Source: Candidatus Parcubacteria bacterium (GTDB lineage: Bacteria > Patescibacteriota > Minisyncoccia > SURF-38). From it: DNA of 64,000 nucleotides. Both the position numbers and the translations under genes were made by a program. Of the stretch, positions 8,155-17,497 are shown piece by piece. The notes under the pieces were generated by a model that was not told the DNA's origin, searched no databases, and saw only the letters and a program-made list of their open reading frames with translations. Where the stretch lies: positions 6,167 to 70,166 of the forward strand of contig QZJN01000001.1 of the NCBI GenBank assembly GCA_003599335.1. The letters run 5' to 3'. Position 1 is the stretch's first letter, and the number at the start of each line of letters is the position of its first letter.

Positions 8155-9426
8155 ATGGAAGAAGGGAATAATCAAAATCAAAAGATCTTATTGAAAAGAA
8201 GCGTCGTTGGGATTTTGGTTTTAGTTGGAGGCGCTGTTTTAGTCGCAGGATTGGCTACGTATGGCGGTGGTTTTAAAGCCAGCCTGTTGGATTTTTTCTG
8301 GAAAAAGATATCTTCCCCGGCCATAAATATTCCAGAGCCGGTTGTTTCATATCAGTCGGCCTTGGATATTGAACGGGCAGTTATCTCTGTTGTAAAAGGC
8401 AATTCCGATGCGGTTGTGAGTGTTATTCAGACTAAAGATGTTCCAATTTTGGAGCAATGCGTAAGGAGCGAACCTTTTGGCTTTTCTGACGATCCATTTT
8501 TTAGGCAATTTTTTGGAGATATAAGAATTGAAGTTCCTTATATCTGCGAGAAGGGAACTCAGAAGAAAGAAGTCGGCGGCGGAACCGGTTTTGTGATATC
8601 TTCAGACGGTTTGATTGTTACCAACAAACATGTGGTTGTTGATGGTAAATCACAATATACAATTTTAACCAACAGCGGACAGAAATTAGAAGCTAGGGTT
8701 TTGGCTAAAGATCCTTTTCAGGATTTTGCGATTCTAAAAGTTGAAGCCAGTGGTTTGCCAACAGTTATTTTTGGGAATTCAGATAGTATAGAGATAGGAC
8801 AATTTGTCATTGCTATAGGAAATGCTCTTGGCGAGTTTAGAAATACAGTTTCTTTTGGAGTTGTTTCGGGCATAAGAAGGAATATATCGGCTTTTGGACC
8901 TTCTGGCTTTAGGGAGGTTTTAGAAGAGGTTATCCAGACTGATGCTGCTATAAATCCTGGCAATTCCGGTGGGCCGCTTTTAAATTTAAAGGGAGAAGTC
9001 GTTGGCATTAACACAGCGGTTGCTCAAGATGCTCAGAATATTGGATTTACAATACCGATAAACAGAGTTAAAAGGAGTATAGAATCTTTCAAAATTAACG
9101 GGAAAATTGTTTATCCTTATTTGGGAGTTCGTTATGTAACAATTACTCCTCAAATTCAAAAAGAGAGAAATTTGCCCGTTGATAGGGGTGCTTTGCTTGT
9201 TGGTGGAGATGGAGAGCCGGCGGTTGTTAAAGATTCTCCGGCCGAGAAATCTGGTTTTAAGGCCGGTGATATACTACTTGAGGTTAACGGAGAAAGAATA
9301 GTTGAAGAAAATACTTTGAGCAGGCTCTTACAAAAATATCAACCAAAGGAAGTTGTAAGCATCAAGTTTTTGAGGAACAAGGAAGAGAGGTTTTTGGAAG
9401 TTATCTTGGGGGAGCAAGTCAGTTAG
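8155..9426 (+). CDS. htrA: HtrA/DegP-family periplasmic serine protease with a C-terminal PDZ domain.
   Basis: N-terminal TM. Trypsin-fold catalytic-triad context (His in VTNKHVV, Asp in QDFAILKV, Ser in GNSGGPLLN). C-terminal PDZ-like segment with GDILLEVNG. Confidence 0.85.
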   Translation: MEEGNNQNQKILLKRSVVGILVLVGGAVLVAGLATYGGGFKASLLDFFWKKISSPAINIPEPVVSYQSALDIERAVISVVKGNSDAVVSVIQTKDVPILEQCVRSEPFGFSDDPFFRQFFGDIRIEVPYICEKGTQKKEVGGGTGFVISSDGLIVTNKHVVVDGKSQYTILTNSGQKLEARVLAKDPFQDFAILKVEASGLPTVIFGNSDSIEIGQFVIAIGNALGEFRNTVSFGVVSGIRRNISAFGPSGFREVLEEVIQTDAAINPGNSGGPLLNLKGEVVGINTAVAQDAQNIGFTIPINRVKRSIESFKINGKIVYPYLGVRYVTITPQIQKERNLPVDRGALLVGGDGEPAVVKDSPAEKSGFKAGDILLEVNGERIVEENTLSRLLQKYQPKEVVSIKFLRNKEERFLEVILGEQVS

Positions 9427-9740
9427 CCCCCACACCATAACGAGTTTGCGTTGTGTTTTACGTCTATATTCTAAAGAGTCTTAAAGACAAAGATTTGTAC
9501 ATCGGGTTTACTCCAGACTTGCGGAGCAGGTTTAAAAAACACAACGCTGGTTTAGTTCAATCAACCAAATCAAGAAGACCCTCAAGCTTGTGTATATTAT
9601 GAAGCGTATGCCTCAGAAGAAGAAGCAAAACACCGCGAGGATAACCTCAAGCTGCGAGCCAGAGCCCTAAGGCAGCTTCTCAAAAGAACCAAGAAGTCCA
9701 TTAAAAGCTAATGAAAGCTAAAACTCGTTTGGTGTGGGGG
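9427..9740 (+). mobile_element. 314-bp miniature element bounded by ~20-bp terminal inverted repeats and carrying a disrupted GIY-YIG gene.
   Basis: Left arm cccccacaccataacgagttt (9427-9447). Right arm aaactcgtttggtgtggggg (9721-9740) is its reverse complement apart from one base. The element sits exactly between the htrA stop and the clpB regulatory region. Confidence 0.4.
9453..9711 (+). pseudogene. Frameshifted small GIY-YIG nuclease-family gene (UPF0213/YhbQ-like).
   Basis: Frame 0 (GTG start) gives VFYVYILKSLKDKDLYIGFTPDLRSRFKKHNAGLVQSTKSRRPSSLCIL-stop. Frame +1 continues ACVYYEAYASEEEAKHREDNLKLRARALRQLLKRTKKSIKS-stop. Together these match the canonical family pattern YVYIL..KDGxLYIGxTxDLxxRLxEHN..STKxRRPxKLVYYExY. 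Indels near 9580-9597 break the frame. Confidence 0.55.
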
Positions 9741-9767
9741 TTAGCACTCGACCTTTGACATTGCTAA
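9741..9767 (+). promoter_or_regulatory. CIRCE-like (HrcA operator) inverted repeat upstream of clpB.
   Basis: Sequence TTAGCACTC-N9-CATTGCTAA against the consensus TTAGCACTC-N9-GAGTGCTAA. The left arm is perfect and the right arm matches 7/9. It overlaps the predicted -35 box. Confidence 0.4.
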
Positions 9768-9784
9768 TAGATCTCCTATATACT
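9755..9784 (+). promoter_or_regulatory. Sigma70-like promoter for clpB.
   Basis: -35 TTGACA (9755-9760), 18-bp spacer, -10 TATACT (9779-9784), about 30 bp upstream of the clpB ATG. Confidence 0.35.
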
Positions 9785-9809
9785 AAATACCAAATACTAA
9801 ATAGCAAAT
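9777..9809. repeat. Third TAGTATTT-type heptamer array, inverted relative to the two at 2.0 and 3.2 kb. Lies between the clpB promoter and start codon.
   Basis: The reverse complement reads aatttgctatttagtatttggtatttagtatat. It shares the agtatttggta / tatttagtat core with the arrays at 2048-2078 and 3185-3220. Confidence 0.4.
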
Positions 9810-9813
9810 TATC

Positions 9814-12498
9814 GTGATGCAGTTTAATAAATTTACGCTTAAGGCTCAGGAGGCCCTTAGGCATTCTCAGGAGATTGCTTATATGAGGCGCCATCAACAG
9901 ATTGACTCTTTGCATCTTTTGACAGCGCTTTTGAGCGATGATGCCGGTGTCGTGGCTAGCGTTTTAAAAAAGCTTGAAATTGATCCGGAAGAAATAATAA
10001 TGAAGGCCGAAAGATTGCTTGAAAACCACCCAAAAATGTTGGGCGATATTCCTCTTGGTCAGATTTATTTAACTCAAGAGCTTGCTCAAGTTTTGGAGCA
10101 GGCCGTAGTTGAAGCAAATAATATCAAAGATGAATACGTTTCAACGGAGCATTTATTGCTCGCCCTTTTGGGCACGCCCGGAAAAGCAAGAAATCTTCTT
10201 GAATCATTTAAGCTTGATAGAGAGGAGATGCTTCAGGTTTTGAGCGAAGTCAGGGGAGCTTCCAGGGTGACCGATATGGAGCCCGAAGGTAAGTATCAGG
10301 TTTTGGAAAAATACGCGCGCAATCTAACAGAGTTGGCCAGGCAAAAGAAATTAGATCCGGTTATCGGTAGAGAAAACGAAGTTAGAAGAGTAATGCAGGT
10401 TCTTTCCAGAAGAACCAAAAATAACCCGGTTCTTATAGGCGAGCCGGGTACCGGCAAAACCGCCATTGTTGAGGGTTTGGCTCAAAGAATAGTGGCCGGT
10501 GATGTTCCGGAAAGCCTGAAAGACAAAGAGATTGTCGCGCTTGATCTTGGGGCTTTGGTCGCCGGTACAAAATACAGAGGAGAATTTGAAGATAGGTTAA
10601 AAGCCGTCTTGAAAGAAATAGAGCGTCAGGCTGGCAAAATCATTTTGTTTATTGATGAACTACACACGCTTATAGGGGCGGGTGCTGCCGAGGGTGCCAT
10701 AGACGCCGCTAATATGCTCAAACCGGCCTTGGCCAGAGGGGAGTTGCATGCGATTGGTGCAACCACATTGAAAGAGTATCAAAAGCATATTGAAAAGGAC
10801 CCAGCCTTAGAGCGAAGATTTCAGCCTATTTATGTTTCCGAGCCAAATGTTGACGATGCAATAGCTGTTTTGAGAGGCATAAAGGCTAAGTATGAATTGC
10901 ATCACGGAGTAAGGATAAATGATCCTGCAATTATTGCTGCCGTTAATCTTTCTAACAGGTATATAACCGACAGATTTTTGCCAGATAAAGCCATTGATTT
11001 GGTTGATGAAGCCGCGGCGGCTTTAAGGATGGAAATCGACAGTCTGCCTCAGGAGATTGATCAGTTTAAACGAGATTTGATAAAAGCCGAAATTGAAAGA
11101 GAGGCTTTAAAAAAGGAGAAAGACAAGGCTTCAAAAGAAAGATTAAAACAAATCAACAGAAAGATTGCAGACCTCAAAGAGCGCTTTGAGGGACTTGAAC
11201 TTCAATGGCGTCAGGAGAGAGATGTTATAGCTTCTATCAGAGAAACAAAAAAGAACATAGATAGTTTAAAACAAGAAGCGGATATAGCCGAACGAAAAGG
11301 AGATTTACAGAGAGTTGCCGAAATCCGCTACGGAGAGATACCTTTGTTGGATAAAAAAGTTTTGCAATCAAATAAAAAGCTAATTAATCTTCAGAAAAAG
11401 AGGCAATTTTTGACAGAGGAAGTTACGGAAGAACATATCGCTCAAGTCGTCAGCCGATGGACGGGTATTCCTGTAGCCAGAATGCTTGAGGAAGAGGCTG
11501 TGAAGTTGGGCCGGATGGAGGAAGTTTTGAAAAAAAGAGTTGTGGGGCAGGATCATGCCATTGTTGCTATTGCAAACGCTATCAGGCGATCCAGGGCCGG
11601 GTTGTCAGAGGAAAAAAGACCCATCGGTTCATTTATGTTTCTTGGTCCGACCGGGGTCGGTAAAACAGAGCTTGCTAAGGCCCTTGCCGAATTTATGTTT
11701 TCTTCGGAGAGCGCAATTATAAGGGTAGATATGTCGGAGTTTATGGAAAGACATGCTGTTTCGCGCCTGATAGGTTCTCCCCCCGGATACGTGGGCCATG
11801 AAGAGGGTGGGCAGATTTCCGATATGGTTAGGAGGCGTCCTTACAGCGTTGTGTTGTTTGATGAAATCGAAAAAGCTCATCCTGAAGTTTTCAATGTTTT
11901 GTTACAGATATTAGACGAAGGTCATTTAACCGATGCGAAGGGGAGAAAGGTTAACTTCAAAAATACCATTATTATAATGACTTCAAATATCGGTTCAGAG
12001 ATGATCCAAGAGATTGTCCAGCTTGGTTTTTCAACCGCAAAAGACGGCACCCCCAATGCTGAAGCAGCTCGCAAAGAAGAGGTTATAAGAGAAAGAATTA
12101 CGACAGCCCTAAGGGAACGTTTCAAACCCGAATTTCTTAATAGAGTTGATGAAATTGTTATGTTTAGGTCTTTGGTTCCTGAAGATTTGAGTAAAATTGT
12201 TGATTTACAACTTGGCAAAGTTGAAGAGAGGATAAAGGCCAAAAATGTTAGTTTAAAAATTACCCCTGAAGCCAAAAAGTTTTTGGCCGAAAAAGGATAC
12301 GATCCAAATTTTGGCGCAAGGCCCCTATCCCGTATTATTCAACAATTGATATTAGACCCCTTGGCCAAGCAGGTTATTGAAGGCAAGGTAAAAGAGGGAG
12401 AGGTTATAACAATTGATGCGATCGGGGATAATATAAAAATCAGCTCTAAAGGATTGAGGCTTATTGGATCAACGAGAGAGTCTTTGTTAACTAAATAA
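9814..12498 (+). CDS. clpB: ClpB (Hsp104-type) AAA+ disaggregase chaperone.
   Basis: Clp N-domain repeats. Two AAA+ modules with Walker A GEPGTGKT and GPTGVGKT. A long coiled-coil M-domain lies between them. Sensor-2 GARPLSR is present. The 894-aa length is typical. Confidence 0.95.
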   Translation: MMQFNKFTLKAQEALRHSQEIAYMRRHQQIDSLHLLTALLSDDAGVVASVLKKLEIDPEEIIMKAERLLENHPKMLGDIPLGQIYLTQELAQVLEQAVVEANNIKDEYVSTEHLLLALLGTPGKARNLLESFKLDREEMLQVLSEVRGASRVTDMEPEGKYQVLEKYARNLTELARQKKLDPVIGRENEVRRVMQVLSRRTKNNPVLIGEPGTGKTAIVEGLAQRIVAGDVPESLKDKEIVALDLGALVAGTKYRGEFEDRLKAVLKEIERQAGKIILFIDELHTLIGAGAAEGAIDAANMLKPALARGELHAIGATTLKEYQKHIEKDPALERRFQPIYVSEPNVDDAIAVLRGIKAKYELHHGVRINDPAIIAAVNLSNRYITDRFLPDKAIDLVDEAAAALRMEIDSLPQEIDQFKRDLIKAEIEREALKKEKDKASKERLKQINRKIADLKERFEGLELQWRQERDVIASIRETKKNIDSLKQEADIAERKGDLQRVAEIRYGEIPLLDKKVLQSNKKLINLQKKRQFLTEEVTEEHIAQVVSRWTGIPVARMLEEEAVKLGRMEEVLKKRVVGQDHAIVAIANAIRRSRAGLSEEKRPIGSFMFLGPTGVGKTELAKALAEFMFSSESAIIRVDMSEFMERHAVSRLIGSPPGYVGHEEGGQISDMVRRRPYSVVLFDEIEKAHPEVFNVLLQILDEGHLTDAKGRKVNFKNTIIIMTSNIGSEMIQEIVQLGFSTAKDGTPNAEAARKEEVIRERITTALRERFKPEFLNRVDEIVMFRSLVPEDLSKIVDLQLGKVEERIKAKNVSLKITPEAKKFLAEKGYDPNFGARPLSRIIQQLILDPLAKQVIEGKVKEGEVITIDAIGDNIKISSKGLRLIGSTRESLLTK

Positions 12499-12518
12499 TA
12501 AGGAGTTTAGAATTTTCA

Positions 12519-12560
12519 AAAACTAAAGGCGGTCTTATTGCGGCCGCCTTTAGTTTTTTG
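12519..12560 (+). terminator. Rho-independent terminator after clpB.
   Basis: Stem aaactaaaggcggcc / ggccgcctttagttt with a short loop, followed by TTTTT. Confidence 0.7.
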
Positions 12561-12598
12561 ACACTTTTTCCTTATTTCCTTATTATTCCACTATTATT

Positions 12599-13138
12599 AT
12601 GACTAATGAGGTTGTAGGTAAACAACTTAGGGATATAAGAGACGTTTTGGCCCAACTCTCTTTTTCTTATGGGGATTTTTCTTCTGAAATATCAGATTTA
12701 GGCATTTTGATAGAATCTTTGGAGAGCGATTTAGAATCTCAATCTGGTTCGTTCAGCCCAGAGCTAAAAGAAAGTATTTATAAAAGACTGGCTTATTTGA
12801 ATGATCGGTCGAAAATAAAACCCGTTAATTTGTTTATTCTTGAAAGAGAGCTTGATTCCTTTTTCTTAAATTTATCAAAATTTTATGAAGTTAGTTCCAA
12901 CAATGAAAAGATGCATAGATTTAACAAAGAAAAAGGACTTTCAAATCGCCAGCGTGCAATTTTGAATCTTTTTTCAGCAGGAGGCCAAATTCAGCTTAAA
13001 GACATTTCTAAACACTTTCCGGACATTACTGATAGAACTTTAAGGTTTGATTTGGCCGATTTAGTTAGCTCTGGTCATTTAATTCAAAGAGGTTTTGGCA
13101 GGGGCAGCTTTTACGAGCTTAATAATAAGGAAAAATAA
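12599..13138 (+). CDS. Hypothetical protein with a C-terminal winged-HTH-like domain.
   Basis: The C-terminal 60 aa (NRQRAILNLFSAGGQIQLKDISKHFPDITDRTLRFDLADLVSSGHLIQRGFGRGSFYEL) fit the wHTH pattern found at Fic/DeoR-type C-termini. The N-terminal half is acidic and helical. Confidence 0.45.
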   Translation: MTNEVVGKQLRDIRDVLAQLSFSYGDFSSEISDLGILIESLESDLESQSGSFSPELKESIYKRLAYLNDRSKIKPVNLFILERELDSFFLNLSKFYEVSSNNEKMHRFNKEKGLSNRQRAILNLFSAGGQIQLKDISKHFPDITDRTLRFDLADLVSSGHLIQRGFGRGSFYELNNKEK

Positions 13139-13625
13139 GGAAATTTCCTCATTACCCTGTTATAAAATATTTCGTATTTCCTTTTCTTTCTTAGTTTTTT
13201 AGATATTGAATTTTATTTTATTACTGATAATATCTTCTTACTGACAGATTATAGTTATTGTTAAATTGGTTTAGGCCATGTTTCAGATGATTTTAGAGTA
13301 TGTTGTCGGGCTTTATAGTCAATTAAAAAGGCTTTTTTAAGCCTTTTTTGGGGATTTGTAGTAAGTATTTGTTCCAAAATTCGTCATATATATTGATTGT
13401 TTTCAGGACCGTTTCTGTTTGTGGTATTTTTCTTGGCTGTTTAAAATAGGTTAAAGAGAAGATGTTGGGGCATAAACATCTAAAGGGTTATTAGTCAAAT
13501 ATAACTTTTGTTAGTCATCTTAATTGATGAATTTTTTTGTTCTTTCAAAATAAAAACCATTTAGTCGCTTAGTTTGTGATCCAAAAATAGTTTCTCGTTT
13601 TTTAAAGGAAATTATTTTTAGGTCA

Positions 13626-13639
13626 TGAACAATTGTTCA
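13626..13639. promoter_or_regulatory. Perfect 14-bp palindrome TGAACAATTGTTCA (GAAC-N4-GTTC, Cheo/LexA-box-like) in the long leader upstream of the giant surface-protein gene.
   Basis: The exact palindrome is seen in the sequence. GAAC-N4-GTTC is the core of the Gram-positive LexA/DinR operator. Confidence 0.3.
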
Positions 13640-13885
13640 AGGGCCTAAATCCGTTTCGTTTAAGCGATTCGGGTGGGAGAGTTGGTCGTTGTGATCCTTA
13701 ATTAATAATACTCGTGTAAAGGTCGACTGTCGTCGTTTTAAGAACCAACGGTTTTTAAGGCGATAGAAATACATGAGTATTTATCCGCGGGCACTACCCC
13801 GGTTAAAAATAGAGGACTCAATGTCTCTCCTAAAACTTAATATGCCCCAACAAACTATTAACTAATTAATAAAATTAACTAAAAA

Positions 13886-16800
13886 ATGTCTATTGCAAAA
13901 AGCAAAACGAGCCGAAAGGTTATCAATTCAGCCCTTTCAGCCGTTTTAGCACTCACCATAACCGTTTGGTTAGGTGGTTTTGCCTTTGTGGCGCCACGCG
14001 CAGAAGCACAAAGTTTGGCTGATTCAATTGCTGCTATTCAAGCGCAGATTGCCGCCCTGACTGCTCAGCTCAATTCTCTTTTGGCTTCATCTGGTTCAAC
14101 CTCAACTACAGTTGGAGGTTTGACCAAGAATTTAAGCCAAGGAGTAACTGATCCTGAAGTCAGTACACTGCAATCTGGTTTGAAGCAGGATCCTTCGGTT
14201 TATCCTGAAGGATTGGTAACGGGATACTTTGGTGGTTTAACCAGAGCTGCCGTTATCCGCTTCCAAGAAAAGTATGCTTCTGAAGTTTTGGCCCCAGTTG
14301 GTTTGTCGTCCGGAACCGGCTTTGTCGGTTCTTCGACAAGGGCAAAATTCAACGCTTTGTATGCAGGCACTGGCACAGGAACAGGATCTGGCCCGGTTGT
14401 TCCAACTGGCAGCCAAATTTTGGTTTCTTTGGCAGCTAATACACCTGCAGCCGGCGTTGCTCCAAAGCTTGCCTCCAATGTTCAATTTTTGGCAGTCAAT
14501 TTAACAGCTCCGTTATCCGGCGCTGTCAGAGTTGATTCCATTATTGTTCATCGAGCAGGCGCTGGTTCTCCATCAGATTTCGACAACGTTTATCTTTATG
14601 AAGGAGATACTCGTTTGACGACAGGAAGATCAGTAAACTCAAGCACAAACAATGCTGAGTTTCATTCGTTGAACTTAAACATCAATGCTGGTCAAACCCG
14701 AACAATTTGGGTTACAGCTGATTTGGCTACTGGTGCGGGAGCTGGTAACCAGAACTACTTTGAGATTGTTTCAGCCTCTTCGGTGGTTGGTTCAGCCTCT
14801 GTAGCTGGTGCTTTCCCAATCCGCGGCAACGCGGTTTCGGTTGCTAATGCTTCAGCCGGCCAGGTAACACTGGATCAAGCGGTTGATGGCACCAACCCGA
14901 AAGTTGGCGAAAAGAACCGAAGCATCGGTTCATTCCGCGTTACAGCTTCTTCGACTGAAGATGTTGAGTTGAGACGAATTGCGTTATTCCAAGCAGGTTC
15001 AGTAAGCCGATCGGCTTTGCAGAATATGAAGCTGAGATACACAGGAACAGATGTTGCATCGGTTGCGGGAGTAAACGACAAAGACCTTGCGGTTTTCGTC
15101 TTTACAACTCCTTTCTTGATAGAGAAGGGAAATTCACGCACCTTTGAAATCTTTGTTGATGTCGCAGCTGGTGCTAAGAATAACGACACCATTAAATTGT
15201 ATGTTGACGAAAAAACAGATGTTTACGCCGTTGGTCGCACATATGGCCGAGGCGTCGCTGTTGTCAATACAGCACTTGATGGTTCGGTTGCAGACACAGA
15301 TGAAGTGGATGTAACAATTGAGGGTGGTCAATTGACCATTACCTTCAACGGCCCAGCCGCCAAAGATTTGGCGCCGGATGCAGAAGATGTGGAGCTTTAT
15401 AACTTCACATTAGCCGCCGGTGTTAATCTTGAGGTTCGCGATTTGGCCCTTGCTGCAACAAGCAGCGTCAACATTAACGATTTTGATGATTTCAAGATTG
15501 TTAACGTTACAAAGGGTATTGTCGTGATGGGTCCAACAGATACATCTGCTGATGCAAGCGCTGCAAACATTACTTTCACAGATCGTTTCACAATGAATGC
15601 TGGCGAGACCAATGTTTTCTCGGTAAGAGCAGACGTGGCTCCAACAGCAGACGTTATTGACGGTCAAACCGTGAGAGTAACCTTGGGTCAGGGAACCGGT
15701 CCTTTTGGTTCAAATTCGGTCAGGAACTTGGATAACAACCAGTTCATTTCCGACATTGTGCCTTCGGGAGATATCACTGGAAACACCCACACAATTCGTG
15801 CAACAGCCTTGACATTGTCTTTGGCTGGTACACCAACTTCACAGAGCTTTGTTCGCGGAACAGGCAATGTGGATATGGTTGGCTTTAACTTTAAAGCTGG
15901 TGTTGCCCAGGATATAACCCTTACCTCGATCAAGGTAACTGGATATGGCGATGACGATACTTCCGGTATCTTCTCAGCCGGTATCTTGTTTGGCGCTTCA
16001 TCTTCAACAGTCAGCGGTAGGACGAATTCTGTTTGGTTGGTTGACCAATCAAACGGCTCGACAGTTGCTGGCCCAGAAGCTGTAAACAGCACCACAGGCG
16101 AAGCCCAGTTTAGCAGCATGAACTTCACAGTTCCTGCAGGCCAAACCAAGACTTTGGTTGTGAGATCAAATCTTGATGCTTCAGCGTTAGCCAACAGCAA
16201 CACTGACCGCATTAAGTTTGATATCGCCGCAGTTGGCGATGTTGTTGCCCGCGATCCGCAGGGTAACTCTGTTTCTGTCGGTTCGGCTGCTCCAAACAGC
16301 ACCACCGCCGATTCAGGAACTCGCATCAGCGTTGTTGACACAGGCTCTATCAGCGTAGCTTTGGCTCCAGATGACACCGAATCAGAAGCTGGTTTGGTTG
16401 TTGCCGGAAAGAGCAACGTTGTTATTGCCAAGTATCGTTACACAGCGCAAAACGAGGAATTGAAAGTTACCAAAGTGCAATTTTCAGTTGCTTCGGGCGC
16501 GTTGGATGAAGTTACACAGCTTTCAGTTTGGGATGGATCTTCGATGCTTGCGAGCATTACACCGACCCTTTCTGGTTCTTCCGGCTCGGCAGCCTTTACC
16601 AACTTGAACTTTGTTGTGCCTAAGGATGCTTCAAAGACTTTGACCGTCAAGGCCAATTTGAACACCACATCGGCTGGCGCCGATACAGGTGATGAAATTC
16701 AAGCTGTCCATGACCAGGCTAACTTTGAGGCTCGCGGTACAGCGGCTGGTTCAAGCACTGTGCTGACAAGCTCCGGAGTTGCTGCAACCGGTCTTAACGC

Positions 16801-17350
16801 GAATACCAAGTATTTCCGCAAGACCGTTCCAACGATCACTTTTGCGGCAGGCGATGCCTTGCTGACAACCGGCGAGAAATCCTTGATGAAGATCACCATT
16901 GCGGCTGATGCTTCTGAACAGGTTTCAGTCCGATCGTTTGAGTTTACGCTTTCAGTTAGCAACGCGACATTCGACACAACCAACGATAATTTCAAGGTTC
17001 GTGAGAGTGGCAACTTGCTGACAAGCACAAGCACCAACACGCAGGCTGCTGCCAACATTACTTTGACATCTGAATCAACCATTCCGGCAGGCGGTTCCAA
17101 GACTTATGAAATCTTGGGTACTGTTACCGGCGCTGGTACTGGTTCGGCTTCAGTAACAATCAAGATGGAACAATCTACAACAGAGGTTGGTCCTTCTAAC
17201 TGGAGCGCGGTCAATAGTGATGCTGGTACGCTTGATTTGGTCTGGTCTGACAATTCAGCCATTCCACATGGTTTGACTTCTGCAGACTGGTACAACGGCT
17301 TTAAGGTAAAGAACTTACCTTCGGGCACAATGGTGTTGAGCAAGAACTAA
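13886..17350 (+). CDS. Giant (1154-aa) cell-surface protein with an N-terminal peptidoglycan-binding domain and long Ig/Fn3-like T/S/A/G/V-rich repeats.
   Basis: N-terminal signal/TM (VLALTITVWLGGFAFVAPRAEA). PG_binding_1-like motif (VSTLQSGLKQDPSVYPEGLVTGYFGGLTRAAVIRFQEKYA). About 1000 aa of low-complexity beta-rich sequence. Flanked by a 750-bp leader and a strong terminator. Confidence 0.7.
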   Translation: MSIAKSKTSRKVINSALSAVLALTITVWLGGFAFVAPRAEAQSLADSIAAIQAQIAALTAQLNSLLASSGSTSTTVGGLTKNLSQGVTDPEVSTLQSGLKQDPSVYPEGLVTGYFGGLTRAAVIRFQEKYASEVLAPVGLSSGTGFVGSSTRAKFNALYAGTGTGTGSGPVVPTGSQILVSLAANTPAAGVAPKLASNVQFLAVNLTAPLSGAVRVDSIIVHRAGAGSPSDFDNVYLYEGDTRLTTGRSVNSSTNNAEFHSLNLNINAGQTRTIWVTADLATGAGAGNQNYFEIVSASSVVGSASVAGAFPIRGNAVSVANASAGQVTLDQAVDGTNPKVGEKNRSIGSFRVTASSTEDVELRRIALFQAGSVSRSALQNMKLRYTGTDVASVAGVNDKDLAVFVFTTPFLIEKGNSRTFEIFVDVAAGAKNNDTIKLYVDEKTDVYAVGRTYGRGVAVVNTALDGSVADTDEVDVTIEGGQLTITFNGPAAKDLAPDAEDVELYNFTLAAGVNLEVRDLALAATSSVNINDFDDFKIVNVTKGIVVMGPTDTSADASAANITFTDRFTMNAGETNVFSVRADVAPTADVIDGQTVRVTLGQGTGPFGSNSVRNLDNNQFISDIVPSGDITGNTHTIRATALTLSLAGTPTSQSFVRGTGNVDMVGFNFKAGVAQDITLTSIKVTGYGDDDTSGIFSAGILFGASSSTVSGRTNSVWLVDQSNGSTVAGPEAVNSTTGEAQFSSMNFTVPAGQTKTLVVRSNLDASALANSNTDRIKFDIAAVGDVVARDPQGNSVSVGSAAPNSTTADSGTRISVVDTGSISVALAPDDTESEAGLVVAGKSNVVIAKYRYTAQNEELKVTKVQFSVASGALDEVTQLSVWDGSSMLASITPTLSGSSGSAAFTNLNFVVPKDASKTLTVKANLNTTSAGADTGDEIQAVHDQANFEARGTAAGSSTVLTSSGVAATGLNANTKYFRKTVPTITFAAGDALLTTGEKSLMKITIAADASEQVSVRSFEFTLSVSNATFDTTNDNFKVRESGNLLTSTSTNTQAAANITLTSESTIPAGGSKTYEILGTVTGAGTGSASVTIKMEQSTTEVGPSNWSAVNSDAGTLDLVWSDNSAIPHGLTSADWYNGFKVKNLPSGTMVLSKN

Positions 17351-17416
17351 AACTAAATAGACCGGCTATCCTACTTGTGTCCGCCAAGGGGCGGAGGGAG
17401 ATGCGCCGGAAAAATC

Positions 17417-17445
17417 AAAAAGCCGCCTTCGGGCGGCTTTTTGAT
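17417..17445 (+). terminator. Rho-independent terminator after the giant surface-protein gene.
   Basis: Sequence aaaagccgccttcgggcggctttttg. GC stem with a ttcg loop and a T-run. Confidence 0.75.
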
Positions 17446-17497
17446 TTCACAAGATATCCCTTGAGAAAAAGAATTGTTTAGGTAATATATAAGGCAC

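Noticed and set aside
9423-9744. TTAG immediately flanking both inverted-repeat arms of the GIY-YIG mini-element, which could be a target-site duplication.
   Set aside because: The right-hand TTAG is the first four bases of the CIRCE-like TTAGCACTC arm and the left-hand one contains the htrA TAG stop. Both are functionally explained, so a TSD cannot be claimed.
14200-17343. Many antisense and alternative-frame ORFs (for example 15688-16431 minus, 247 aa; 16699-17100 minus; 14875-15192 minus) inside the giant surface-protein gene.
   Set aside because: They are shadow ORFs created by the strongly biased T/S/A/G/V-rich codon usage of the sense gene. They have no start context, no motifs, and overlap entirely with a high-confidence CDS.
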